NCBI GenBank assembly: GCA_051530055.1
Contig: CM121342.1
Location: 7,882,691-7,946,690, forward strand
Source of the DNA: Neoechinorhynchus agilis
Lineage: Eukaryota; Animalia; Acanthocephala
Length of the DNA: 64,000 bases
Reading direction: 5' to 3'
How positions within the stretch are numbered: position 1 is the first letter of the stretch; each line of letters starts with the position of its first letter. A program made the translations under genes and the position numbers. The notes below the pieces were generated by a model, which was not told the origin of the DNA, did no database searches, and was given only the letters and a program-made list of their open reading frames with translations. Shown here piece by piece: positions 37,163 through 48,479 of this stretch.

Positions 37163-38676
37163 ATGTCATCGAGTTCGGTGTCATCGGTGGATGACAATAC
37201 AATATATCTCGATTCTGAGATCCGGACATGGGTGTTCATTCCAATTGCATTTATAACTCTTCTTGTTGGAATTATCCGTCATTACGTTAGCATAATGATC
37301 ACATCATCGAGTTCTCGGTCCCATCGATCACCTGAAAATATCCGTCTTCTAAAAACATCCCATCTATTGCTCAGATCCCGAATGCTCCGAGAAAACGGCT
37401 CATTCCTTCCACGTGAATCTTTTGAAGCACGTAAGAGATTCTTGACCGACGAGGAAAATGGATACCTGAACATTGAACTCGAAGATTTACAGAACACGCC
37501 TCCGTCGTCCACGAATCCGGCTTTTGATCCAACCACAATGACCGAAATGCTAAAAGGAAATCTGATCAATGTTCTACCGATGTTCGTCGTCGGAGGTTGG
37601 ATCAATTATGCGTTCAATGGATTCCTATGCAGTGAGTATTATCGGCTTATCTTACCGTATTCATTATCGTCTTTTTTAAACCGAATTTTACTATATAAAT
37701 CTTTTAGCCGGAATTCGACTTGCAAACTTCGTACTCTGCAGAATGCTCTTAATCAAATGAAAATTGTAATTTTCAACACACTTGAATTTAAATTCTAAAA
37801 AGGATTCTTTTTACACATTTTAAAGATTCGAATTTCGCTATAAGAATTCGACTTGCAAACTTCGTACTCTGCAGAATGCTCTTAATCAAATGAAAATTGT
37901 AATTTTCAACACACTTGAATTTTTTTGAAAGCCAACCGGGAACCTTTATTCAGTATCTATGTGTGGCCTTTTTTCAAGGTTGATAGTTTTTCTCCTTGGG
38001 CACATAGCCCACCACACAAAAAGATACACTTGAATTTCTTAGATTTCATCATTGCACAGACATTTGATTTTTCTTTAAATTTATAACAAAAATGGTTTCC
38101 AGAGTTTTAAGGGCAGTATTAGAAATTATGAATCTAAGTTAAACGAGTGCTATTTCTCAAAAAATAGTAAATTTATCAATGAACCTTGATGCGGGCTCTC
38201 GGATTTTTTTAAAGCGCAATTTTTTTAAATCACAATGTCTTAATATATGTCCTTCGAAATTTACTAGCCCGGGTTCCATTTCCACTCACCCACCGATTCA
38301 AACCAATGTTACACCGAGGTGTTGAACATCTTCAATCCCTGGATCCTTCATGGTAATTCGTCTAAAAACACGTCTTAAATTTTCAGTTTAAAAATCCAGG
38401 GTAAGTTCTATTTCATGGTACGCACTTAATGTCTTTGGATTACGATCGATTTACAATTTTATATTGGGAGAAAACAACGGTGAGTTTTATTGCACACTAA
38501 AATACAAAAACTAAGCCGAGAATTTAGCCGCGGATCAAACCAGAATAATGCAAGATCAAATGATTCCATTGGCGCAAGGAACGCAGCATAGCGATCTTAA
38601 GAAGATGATTAAAGCTGAAAGAGACGCTCTCTTGTTGACTGAGCATGAATCCATATTTGATTCTTTATTTCGTTAA
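37163..38676 (+). CDS. EMC3: ER membrane protein complex subunit 3, four exons
   Basis: [25 protein letters not shown]; [13 protein letters not shown]; [23 protein letters not shown]; [17 protein letters not shown]; [36 protein letters not shown]. Confidence 0.97.
37931..38009 (-). mobile_element. Uninterrupted 3' part of the dispersed hammerhead-core family, in EMC3 intron 1
   Basis: gctatgtgcccaaggagaaaaactatcaaccttgaaaaaaggccacacatagatactgaataaaggttcccggttggc aligns with 18125-18178 joined to 18439-18460. Confidence 0.7.
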
Positions 38677-39062
38677 GCAGCTCTTTTTTTATTGGGCATT
38701 CAAATCAATTGTAGACGGTGTTGAAAAAAAAAGAAGTTGGTCATCAAAATTATTTCATTCTTTTTCACATGAATAAAATCTTGATTATTTTGTTCGATGC
38801 ATTGTGGATCGGTTTCCGAAATCTAGTAGATTAAAATTTAAGGCGCAATTTTGCGAATTATCTTTATTTTTTCCAACCCGTTTTATTTATGTAAAATTTC
38901 ACATGGAAATGAACAAATAAACGTGTTATTATAATAAATACCTCGTTGTCCTCGTAAATCTTTGTTTACTGTCTTTTCGGCGTAACTGAACGACGATGAA
39001 GTGGCACTTAAATGACTACGGAGTGCATTAAAGATTTTTTAAAAGAACTTCGCGTCTTAATA

Positions 39063-40017
39063 CTAAATTAGCTTTGCTAGCTGTACAAATTTTTCTTTCA
39101 TTAGGTATCTTTCCTTTCGCTGAAGATCGGTCTCACCTTGCATACATCCACCGAAAACATCCTGAGCTCTTCCTCTGTCAAATAGTTCGGCAACGTAATG
39201 ACTGATCGGAAATCTTAATACTACGTCCATGTTTGAACATGAAAACTGATTGATACTTCCACAATGACCACAGACGTTCTCTGCCATGTTCAAAATCCAA
39301 TGCCTTCTCGGTTTATTTTGGTCAAATAAACGACTTGAATTTAACACTTGTTCTTGTGCGGCTGCATATGGAGTTGCAACCAACAAGAGATCGGTAATTG
39401 AAAGACGTTCTTTAAGTGTTAAAATCACATCACCTGTTCCTGGGGGACAGTCCACCACCAAGTAGTCCAGTGGTCGTTGCCATTCAGATTGAAATATCAA
39501 TTGATTCAGTGCTTTTGTTGCTATCAAACCACGCCATGCCAAAGGGCTGTCTTTTGACGATAAAAGCCTTAAGGATGCACATTGAATGTTTGTGTTCTTA
39601 ACTAGTGCTACGGGGAGAGAGTTAACTTGAATTGTTTCGATTAAGTCCTTTTGAGACACTGAAAGGAGCCGAGGAATTGAACATCCATATACATCAGCGT
39701 CTAGAAGACCAATACGATATCCTGAGTGCGATAAGGCTAGAGATAATCCAACAGATATTGTAGATTTACCGACTCCACCTTTGCCACTCATTACTGCTAC
39801 TATTTTATCGAACATTTTAATTTTTTGCCGCAATGTTTGTGTGTCTGAAATTAAGTGTTCAAAAACGCGGATCAGGTTTCACTTTATTCATGACCAGAAA
39901 TCATAAAATCCCAACAAATAGAAAACATATTTTACATTTTATTTGTTCAAATCCCGAATTATATCACCAGTATTCACCTGTGTAATTTTTATAAAGAAAC
40001 ATCTTTATCGCCTCCAT
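39063..40017 (-). CDS. NUBPL: Mrp/NBP35-family Fe-S scaffold NUBPL (Ind1); exons 40017-39978 and ~39844-39063
   Basis: SGKGGVGKST, IGLLDADVYGCSIP, LAWRGL, LDYLVVDCPPGTGD, NMAENVCGHCG; WRGL is the Ind1-type variant. Confidence 0.88.
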
Positions 40018-40199
40018 TGCCTCGAGGACGCAGAATTCCCTTAAAAAGTAAATATATTTTTTGATTCCTGACCAATGAAGCAGTAGATCGATCCCAAAAC
40101 GATTTTTTCTCCTTTTTAAATGAAAATACAATAAAATTCGGACGTGCGATCTATTCTTTCAAATACCTAAGCGCTCAAAGTTCACATGGAAATGAAGGA

Positions 40200-40684
40200 A
40201 CATCTTTCTGCTCCATTACCCAGCAATTCTTGTTCTGAATCGCTGATTCTCCGATAAAAAAGTTGGCGTTACTGCGACCAATCAGTTTCCAAGGTTAAAA
40301 ATTCAGCGATGTTTGGTCCGACGGCACCAAGTTTCTCAGCAACGCGAGGTTTTTCAAAAATTAAAGTGACTGCTTGAGGCGTTTATACTTCTTTTTTGTG
40401 TGCCCTTTTCGTCACTTCACCGGTTCTTAGAACTGTAAAAGGGACAAGTTGCTCTCCGCAATCGTATTTGGGAAGGCGAAGTCCCAAGGAGACAGTTTCC
40501 CACGGAACTGTTGATGTTCCGTCCGATCTTTTCCTGTAAGGTCTCCAGCGATAACAAGAAATAAATCCATGTCTATGGGAAGCTTAAATTTCTCTCTCTT
40601 TTCTTCTAAAAATAGGGATTTAATCGCTGTGATTCGTATACTAGACAACATTACAATTCGGTGTAAATGGAATCTTATTGACAT
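40200..40684 (-). CDS. Possible exon(s) of an unidentified gene or pseudogene
   Basis: 85-aa ORF plus a nearby protein-like segment (AVTLIFEKPRVAEKLGAVGPNIAEFLTLETDW); no family recognised. Confidence 0.25.
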
Positions 40685-40702
40685 TTATTGTGAAAAAAAA
40701 CT

Positions 40703-40751
40703 ACATTCTGATGAGGGGACTGAGGTCTCGAAATATTAATGGAATAAATGT
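40703..40751 (+). ncRNA. Type I hammerhead ribozyme motif (Penelope pLTR/retrozyme style)
   Basis: acatt-CTGATGA-ggggac tgag gtctc-GAAA-tattaatgga-ATA|aatgt: both core strands, stem II and stem I (acatt/aatgt) present; AATAAA overlaps the cleavage site. Confidence 0.75.
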
Positions 40752-42101
40752 TAATTTTTCTCGGAGCGATAGTCACCCGAAAAAGAAGTTAAATTCGCAC
40801 CGAAAGTTATTCTCAACGAAATTTAAAAAATACTTATACTAAAGGTAAAAATCAATGAGCGAGAAGCTATGACAGAGCTTTTTTGGTCGTGAGAAACTAG
40901 AGCAGGAATTTCACTTTATATATAGTTTATAAGCATGGTTTTCGTAGTCCAACATCACAAATGTATCTTAATTATGATGGTGAACCGAAGGAAAAAAAAT
41001 TATATATTAATCAGAATTTTCGACCAATGCGTTGGTCTTCTTCAGTGATTGTTCGATTAGATTAAATTTGACATAATTGTTTGATTTATAAGCTTCTGAA
41101 ATGTCGACCCATCTTCGTCCTTTGAACAGAGGACAAAAAGTTATTTTGAATGAGCCGAATTTCTAATGATTTGTAATCGAAGATTATAATTCGCAATTAT
41201 TTGACATAATTTTTTGATTCGGATTTATAGGTATCTAAAATGTTGATGCTCAATCATTTATATAAAAGGGCGATTTAAATTCCAAATCAAAAGTAGCTGA
41301 ATTTCTCCGAGTTTTCGATGAATAATCATTTGGCACGATTTTTGGATTTGCTCTGCGGACTTTAGAGTCGTTTCAAACCCTAAGTAACTAAATCATGGCG
41401 ATTGCTCGTGGAGTTTTTAATTTAAACAACTTTGACATGATTTTTTAGGTTATGTTTTCCGAAGCCTCAAGACATTAAATCTTCGTTTTTAGTTCTGATC
41501 AAACTGGATTTTTTAAATAAGAATTGAAAGACATCTTTTCAATCGAGAAATTAATTATGAAGCGCTCAAGTCGTGTCTATGAAACTTTTTCTATTCAGCG
41601 TAATTGAATTGTAATTTAATTTGACATTTGTACGACCCACATACATTGTTGATTTATTTGCCTAGCTTTCTCCGTGACTTCAACAGGGAAGTAATCTAAA
41701 ATGTGTGATGTGGGGAGACACAAACAGGTCGCAACATCCGCGAATCGACTCCTATTCGGCAATGGTTCCATATCGACGTTTCCTTTATTTTTGCATTAGT
41801 CGAAATTGTGTCCTTTTTATAAAATCTATAGGAAAGATCGATTTCTTCTTACAAGCAATAGAGACTGAAGAGGCAAACCAGCACATAAAAACAACAACAA
41901 ATAAATCATTTCTTAAAGCATCAAACGCACATCATTAAACCTGTCATAACTAATGACTTTGCTGCGGCGATAACCCACGTGATTACCACGCGTTCCAAGC
42001 CTAAAACGCATTTATGACAGAAAAGCTGCGTCGAGAAAATCCAAGACACGACAGAATCGATTATCAAAGCTCTGTGATCAAGTTTTTTTGTTTTCATAAA
42101 A

Positions 42102-42551
42102 ATGGTGCGACCAAATACCGCTAGGACTGAGAGAAGAAAACGCAAGCTGGTTATAAGTGAAGAATTGGAGCAGAAGGAGTTAGACGAAAAGAATAAGGAG
42201 ATTCTGGATAATTTGGATACTGTTATGGTGGAATTTAAAAGGCGTGTTCAACGTGATCAGTGGAATCCTATTGTAAATAATAGTTCACGGAGAAGATGCC
42301 GAAGACAATACAGTATCCCGAAATTATCTTTTGTAAAGACGTTCCGTTCGATTTTTATGTCAGTGACCTCGAAGCGTTTCCGAGTCACAAGCGCAGCGCT
42401 GGATATTTTTCAATTGGCTGCGGAGAATGAATTGGTCGGTATGATGGAACTCAGCCGTCTCCTTATTTGTCATGCAAGACGAAAAACGTTCATGCTCAGG
42501 GACCTGGCTCTTTACAAATCAATCTATGACAACTTTGTCAATAAAAATTGA
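42102..42551 (+). CDS. Highly divergent histone H3 variant (CenH3/CENP-A-like), intronless
   Basis: IPKLSFVKTFRSIF...FRVTSAALDIFQLAAENELVGMMEL...HARRKTFMLRDLAL aligns to the H3 fold; loop 1 is one residue longer; Q68 and F84 are replaced; unrelated N-tail. Confidence 0.8.
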   Translation: MVRPNTARTERRKRKLVISEELEQKELDEKNKEILDNLDTVMVEFKRRVQRDQWNPIVNNSSRRRCRRQYSIPKLSFVKTFRSIFMSVTSKRFRVTSAALDIFQLAAENELVGMMELSRLLICHARRKTFMLRDLALYKSIYDNFVNKN

Positions 42552-42972
42552 ATGTGTCTGTGTATTAAAAATCGGATTTGTTGATTTCAATAAACATTCA
42601 TCATCGGCTTCTATAATAATTCTGTGTTTTTTCGTGAAAAGAATAGTAGAAACTGATGGTTCTCTGTCACAAATTTAATCTACCTGTTTTTAGAAGTCCA
42701 ACGAAGCAATCGAATTAATAAATCAGTGTCGATTTTCTTAATCATCAAAAGAAGAACACAAAAATCATGTTAAACATAAAATGGAGTCGTAAATACTTGC
42801 AAACAATAATTGACTGAAGAAGTCCAGTGTGATTGGACGAAATATTTCAATTAAAGTCAGTCTTTGATATGTAATTTTTCCCCGCCGTCACATAAATCTA
42901 CAACTTCTTTAAAATGATTATTTCGTCGATCGTATCCGCTTATCGAAATAATCGCTAAAAAGTTCGGAGCTA

Positions 42973-43153
42973 ATGATCGATATTATTTAAGATGGACGAT
43001 TGCTTTAAAGCTTTTTCGCGTTTTTTAATGGTTTTTGCACTTCTTGGCGGTAATCCATTTTCTTTAAAGTATAATAAACTAATTGATTGCCTTCTACATA
43101 TTTAAAAACGGCCAAATCAGTCGATCTTCGTGGATTTGCTTAAAATTCAACCC
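42973..43153. repeat. 181-bp segment duplicated at 44066-44246
   Basis: Near-identical atgatcgatattatttaag...aaattcaaccc. Confidence 0.95.
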
Positions 43154-43429
43154 TACAAACGATATTTCAATCGCTAAGCGCCATTTTGAACAAAGTGTGC
43201 TATTTCGACATCCGTTTAATCTGATTATTGATAGAAATCAAACATTCTGTATCGTAATTAAAGCGTCCGATTTACTTGCCTGAGATGCCGGATATCTAGG
43301 ATAATTCTATTCAATCATTCGGTCTGTATTTTAATTTATGAAATACACTTTTCGGCCTACTGTCAGGAATCATTGTGTTACTTTGAGGCGTACTTCAATC
43401 GTGAAGTTGTCGCAAAGGAGAATACTGTT

Positions 43430-44067
43430 AATACAAAGAAAGGTTTAGGAGGACCCATGTACCTTTGGGTCCTTTTCCGTTAATATGGATATATGCAGCC
43501 GAGGGACGGTTCGTTCGGGAGGTAATATCTGGTCGGAGGGATTCCTATTCGGGTAGGAACTAAGGAGCGTAGGTACAGGAAGGTGCGAGGTGCTTGCTTC
43601 AACATCGCATTTTATCTAATTTCGTCTTCCACTCTGGATAAACTATGATAGGAGGAATCGTCAATAAACGGCAACTCAAGAAACACACGGTTCTTATCCG
43701 ATGTCACGACTGTCGGCCTTTCAAATCTAGCGCTTACTTCTTCCAACGAGATTACTTCGATGGTCGAAATTAAACACGGAAGCTGCTTAACTCATTTGGC
43801 GCAAGTCCCATTTCAGATTTGATTGAAATTGGAGACTCAGAATTCTTAGGGAGGTTACTCGTAGGATGTCATTTAGAATCTCGGGGGAAGATTTGGGGTT
43901 GTGTGAGAATGAAGGGATCATTTCGAAGCATTTAGAGAAATTGAGATGGAGTTTGTGATTGGTGCAGAAATCTTTTATGTGTGTGATTTCGTTATAGGTT
44001 CAGGAAAGGGGAATGATACGGGTGACGTGGGAGCGATTATTGTGTAGGTTGCGTAGGAGCGTATCAT
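43430..44067 (-). mobile_element. LINE (CR1/L2/Jockey-like) RT thumb and 3' remnant
   Basis: DFCTNHKLHLNFSKCFEM...RVTSLRILSLQFQSNLKW matches the LN..K...V.....LG...D..L.W thumb pattern. Confidence 0.7.
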
Positions 44068-44247
44068 GATCGATATTATTTAAGATGGACGATTGCTTTA
44101 AAGCTTTTTCGCGTTTTTTAATGGTTTTTGCACTTCTTGACGGTAATCCATCTTCTTTAAAGTATAATAAACTAATTGATTGCCTTCTACATATTTAAAA
44201 ACGGCCAAATCAGTCGATCTTCGTGGATTTGCTTAAAATTCAACCCC

Positions 44248-45010
44248 AGCAGTTAAGGCTGCCGCGGAACTAGTCAGCGGATCGATTACTCAGTTCATCA
44301 CTGACAAAGCGATAAAAAGACGAGATAGGAGCGTAAATATTTGTAACAAACTTTGTGCAAAGCTCGGCGGTGTTAACGTGAGTCTAACACGAAATCCAGT
44401 GCCATTTAAGTTTAATCCACAAATTGGAAATTACGGAAGGACCATGTTTGTCGGTCTCGATGTTACCCATCGGGTTCTGAATAGTCAAGGACACCTTTGC
44501 CGAGTATCGATAGCCGCCGTTGTAGCTTCGGTTGACTTTGTTCCTCATTCCTAAGTTTCCATGATTTCCCTTCAGAAAAATCCTCAACCTTCAAAGTCAA
44601 GTATAGAAATCGTTTATAACTTAGAAACAATAATGCGAAGGATACTGGGAAAGTATCGAGAGCGAAACAAATGTTTGCCGGGACGAATCCTTTTGTACCG
44701 AGATGGCGTTTTCCGATAATCAACTCGACTTAGTCAATCGATTCGAAGTCAATTGCATAATAGAAGCCTGTCGAAAAGATGGAATGGGTAACGAGATTAA
44801 ACTCGGCGTCGTTGTCGTCCAGAAGCGGCATCATCTCCGAATGTTCCCTTTTGATCGAAGAGACGGCGATCGCAACGGAAATCCACTTCCCGGAACCGTA
44901 TATTCCCCAGAAGTCTGCATGGATTCGAAAATAGACGCATTTCTGGTGAGCCACGCGGGAATCCAAGGAACATCGAGACCAACGCGGTACAGACTAATCT
45001 ATGATTCCAT
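44248..45010 (+). pseudogene. Intronless Argonaute (AGO-clade) MID-PIWI fragment, truncated at both ends, with one stop and one frameshift
   Basis: KLCAKLGGVN; MFVGLDVTH; SIAAVVAS; EIV; ILLYRDGV; VVVQKRHHLRMF; GNPLPGT; FLVSHAGIQGTSRPTRY; TAA at 44552-44554. Confidence 0.9.
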
Positions 45011-45536
45011 GGGGAATGATACGGGTGACGTGGGAGCGATTATTGTGGAGGTTACGTAGGAGCGTATCATAAATGCAAAGTAGGGCATCGGTTGCAAAAA
45101 ATTTGGGCCGGAAACCGAATTGAATAAGTGTAATTTTTCGAATGAAGATTGATAGAAGGTGTGCTTTAAAGCATCTCTCTAAGATTTTAGAGAAGGAAGG
45201 TAAGAAAGAGATGGGTCGAAAACTTGAGATGAATACAAGTCTAGCTGCTTTCGGGAGCAGGTTTGCCCGATCTGTTTTAAGGCAATTAGGGAAGATTCCG
45301 GCCTTGAAACTTTGGTTGATTATATGGGTCAGTGGATCAATTAAATCAGGGGTGATAAAGCGTAGAGCCCAGTAGGGAATGGGAAAGTTAGTGGATGATT
45401 TGCGTGGCGTTTTTTTGTATTTTTCCATCAGAAGTGACTGGGAGAGGAGGTTTGCCATCTTTTCGTGCAGAGGATGTCTTGTTTTCATCGAGTTCAACGA
45501 ATGAAAAATTGAAGCTTTACTGTAATCAAAGCACAA
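45011..45536 (-). mobile_element. LINE RT N-terminal remnant (same element as 43430-44067)
   Basis: LIDPLTHIINQSFKAGIFPNCLK; FRPISFLPSFSKILERC; QFGFRPK..TDALL; its last 60 nt are duplicated at 44008-44067. Confidence 0.85.
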
Positions 45537-46472
45537 TTTTCATGCTGTCCATTTACCGCTGAACAGTAAATCTATCGCCGAACAAAAAAAGAGAAATAAG
45601 AGTCGTGAATATTTCATAACGATGAAATCAAAGTTCAGATCGAACAATACTATAATTCGCATGTAAACTCATTTTGAAATATTTCAGATATTCGACGTTT
45701 TCCTCGTTCGAAATATCTAAATTCAAAATATGCTTTGTGATCGCTTTCGCGACCTTTTTGAGGATTTATGGTCGTTTACGTCTTCACTTATTTCCTTTTG
45801 GAGCTCATTCGATATTTTTAAATAAAACAATTGACCGGAAACTAGACAATTGTTAACCAATTCATTTTAGTGCTACAAAAACAACAAAATTAATTTGAAA
45901 CAATTAAAAATTCATGGTGAAATATTGCTTGCATTTATACGAAAATAAAAATTACGAGGCAAAGGTTAGTTATCAAGCATAGACAAAACTGAATTTCGGT
46001 TTATTCTTCTTTTGAGCGATTTTTGCACATTTTACGCCGATTTATTGATAAAAATGATTTTGGATATATTATGAAGACAGATTATCAAAAACGTATTTTG
46101 CAAATAATCTTATAAATTAGACTTTCCGTATAGTTGAAACTTCCTAAAAGATTGACTATTCAATTTTGGTTGTTTGTCACTTTTTTGCACCTTTCGATGG
46201 TTTGGTTACCAGATCTAAAGTCTCTTAAACAATTAGGCAATGGAGATCAAAAGATTAAGGGAGATTGTTTTGTTTATGATTCTTAGAAGACACCATGCGC
46301 CATCTTTTTTATATTTTTGGTGCTTCAAAAGGTTTCTGTATTTTTTTAAATCTTAATCCAACCGTTTTTAAAAATAATGCGAGAAATCAGTTAAAGACTG
46401 AGTGCAGAATAAGAAGCAAGGATGTTATTAAAGCCTCAAGCAAACCGGTTCACTCAAAAAGATGGATTGCGT

Positions 46473-46796
46473 TCAAGGGGTGCAGTCCATGGGTTCATCT
46501 TCATCGTCATCAAGGTCGGGTAAAAAATGAAAAGTCGTATCGTGCTCTGAACATTCGTCCAATACTTCATCAAAGCTGGCGTCATCGACTGAATTCTCCG
46601 TAGAAATAAATTCGATAATTGAGCAGTTTGGATTAAATTCTTGCATGCTGTCGTCTTGTATCGGAGTACTCGATCTAAATGGGCGATCTTTGGACTTTAA
46701 GCTGCATCGATTGAACCATTCCTGTAGTGCTACGTCTTCAAGGTCGATTGAACTATCAAGTGGCGATTGTTGTGCCGCAGGCAAGCGTTGTGACAT
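46473..46796 (-). CDS. Acidic 107-aa ORF, probably the terminal exon of an unidentified gene
   Basis: Open D/E-rich frame preceded by an acceptor-like taatag|ATG; no recognised domain. Confidence 0.35.
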   Translation of the reverse strand: MSQRLPAAQQSPLDSSIDLEDVALQEWFNRCSLKSKDRPFRSSTPIQDDSMQEFNPNCSIIEFISTENSVDDASFDEVLDECSEHDTTFHFLPDLDDDEDEPMDCTP

Positions 46797-47386
46797 CTAT
46801 TAAATATCTAAAGGAACTAAAAAGAAGAGAAATTGTTTCGGGATTATTCTACTCAAATAAATACCTTGATTCAAAATCGATTTTGGTTTTATATTGGCGT
46901 GAGTTTAAAACGTACGTACGATCGTTACTATGATGAAGTTTTGAACACGCATAAATTGTGGGCGAAAATGTAAAAAAATGTTCAACGGTTTCAACGAAGT
47001 TCTAATTTCAGCTTTCTCCGTTTAAAAAACACTTTAACGTTAAATTCAATAAAAAATCTCATCTGCTGCTAAAAACGTATCCGCGCAACTCCGTATAGCA
47101 TCTTTATAGAAAAAACCATAAGTCCCCATAATCTACTTATCGAAAATAAAGCTTTATGAGCCAATTGCAGCGAAATTATGTGACCTTATCGATGAAACGA
47201 GGCATTTCGATTGTAACAAACCTGCGAAAATTCACTCTCTTGAAATTGTGTTGCAATCTTCTTCTTTAGGAAACGAGGACCACAATCGTACCGGGTATCT
47301 TGCCATGACCCACAGGCATCACAGAAAGATTATCTTTTTTAGTGAAAATGAAAAGATACCCCACATCGAATTTCGAACAGCGAACC

Positions 47387-47868
47387 GAGTGTTATACTCG
47401 AGTGCCTGAAATTCCAATAGAAAAAAATTTCTGTGGTTTATTCCACACTTTCGAAACTTTAATTATGTTCTAAGAAAAAAAAGACTTCGGCGGAGAACTA
47501 AGGATCTGAATTTATTTAAAAGCTTAAAACTTTACGTACTAAGATTGCTTTCGAAGTCAAATTAAAACTTTTTCTAGAAATAAACTCACTAATAAACGCC
47601 CGTGGTCAAAAACTCCGATTTGGATGTTATACCACTCCTTTCGGATTTAAATTAAATAATTTATTTCCGATATTTCACGTCCGATATTTGAAAGTAAACG
47701 AATGTTATACTCGAGTGCCTGAAATTCCAATAGAAAAAAATTTCTGTGGTTTATTCCACACTTTCGAAACTTTAGTTATGTTCTAAGAAAAAAAGACTTC
47801 GGCGGAGAACTAAGGATCTGAATTTATTTAAAAGCTTAAAACTTTACGTACTAAGATTGCTCTCGAAG
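47387..47868. repeat. ~170-bp direct duplication (47387-47557 and ~47698-47868)
   Basis: gtgttatactcgagtgcctgaaattcc...taagattgct present twice. Confidence 0.92.
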
Positions 47869-48479
47869 TATTAAATAGTTACGATGCGTTATTACTAAAT
47901 ACTTCACCATTATCGCCAATTTACTCTCGAATTATTTTTTTAATTTTTAGTGTGTGTGGATCATAAGATTGTGTTAAATGATGAGATTCTGACGAATTGA
48001 AATGTTTGTTCATCAAATGCTCGTGGTTGCTTAAACTATGAACTACAGGCAATTAAAAATAAGTTTTTATTGAAAATCCATTTAATTAAAAAGTAATAAA
48101 AAGTCGTTATTTCACAAGAACTATTCGATAATCTAATTTTTAAATCAAACAAATTTAAACCATCAAAAGTTACAACGAAGTAAAGCCAAGCAATTCTAAC
48201 ACAATAATGCAAAGCTAAAAATTTGAAGAGCCTTTTGGACAGAAAAGCTTCTTCTTCAAAAGTTGATTTTTGCCGTTTAATTTACAATTCTATTCCAATT
48301 AACATTACAATCGGGAAATAAAAAGTTCTTGAGTTGCATAACTCAATCTCATTTGGACAGACTTGATATAATTTCACAATGTTAATACTAGAAAGATGAA
48401 TTACCATTCGTTTTGAATTTCGGATTCTCAATAGAAGGCCGACTGGCGAAAACATTTTTCTCAAGCTGTTGTGATTTCT

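Noticed and set aside
43590-43600. U6-like GTGCTTGCTTC
   Set aside because: Short match inside a LINE remnant; no ACAGAGA box or other U6 features.
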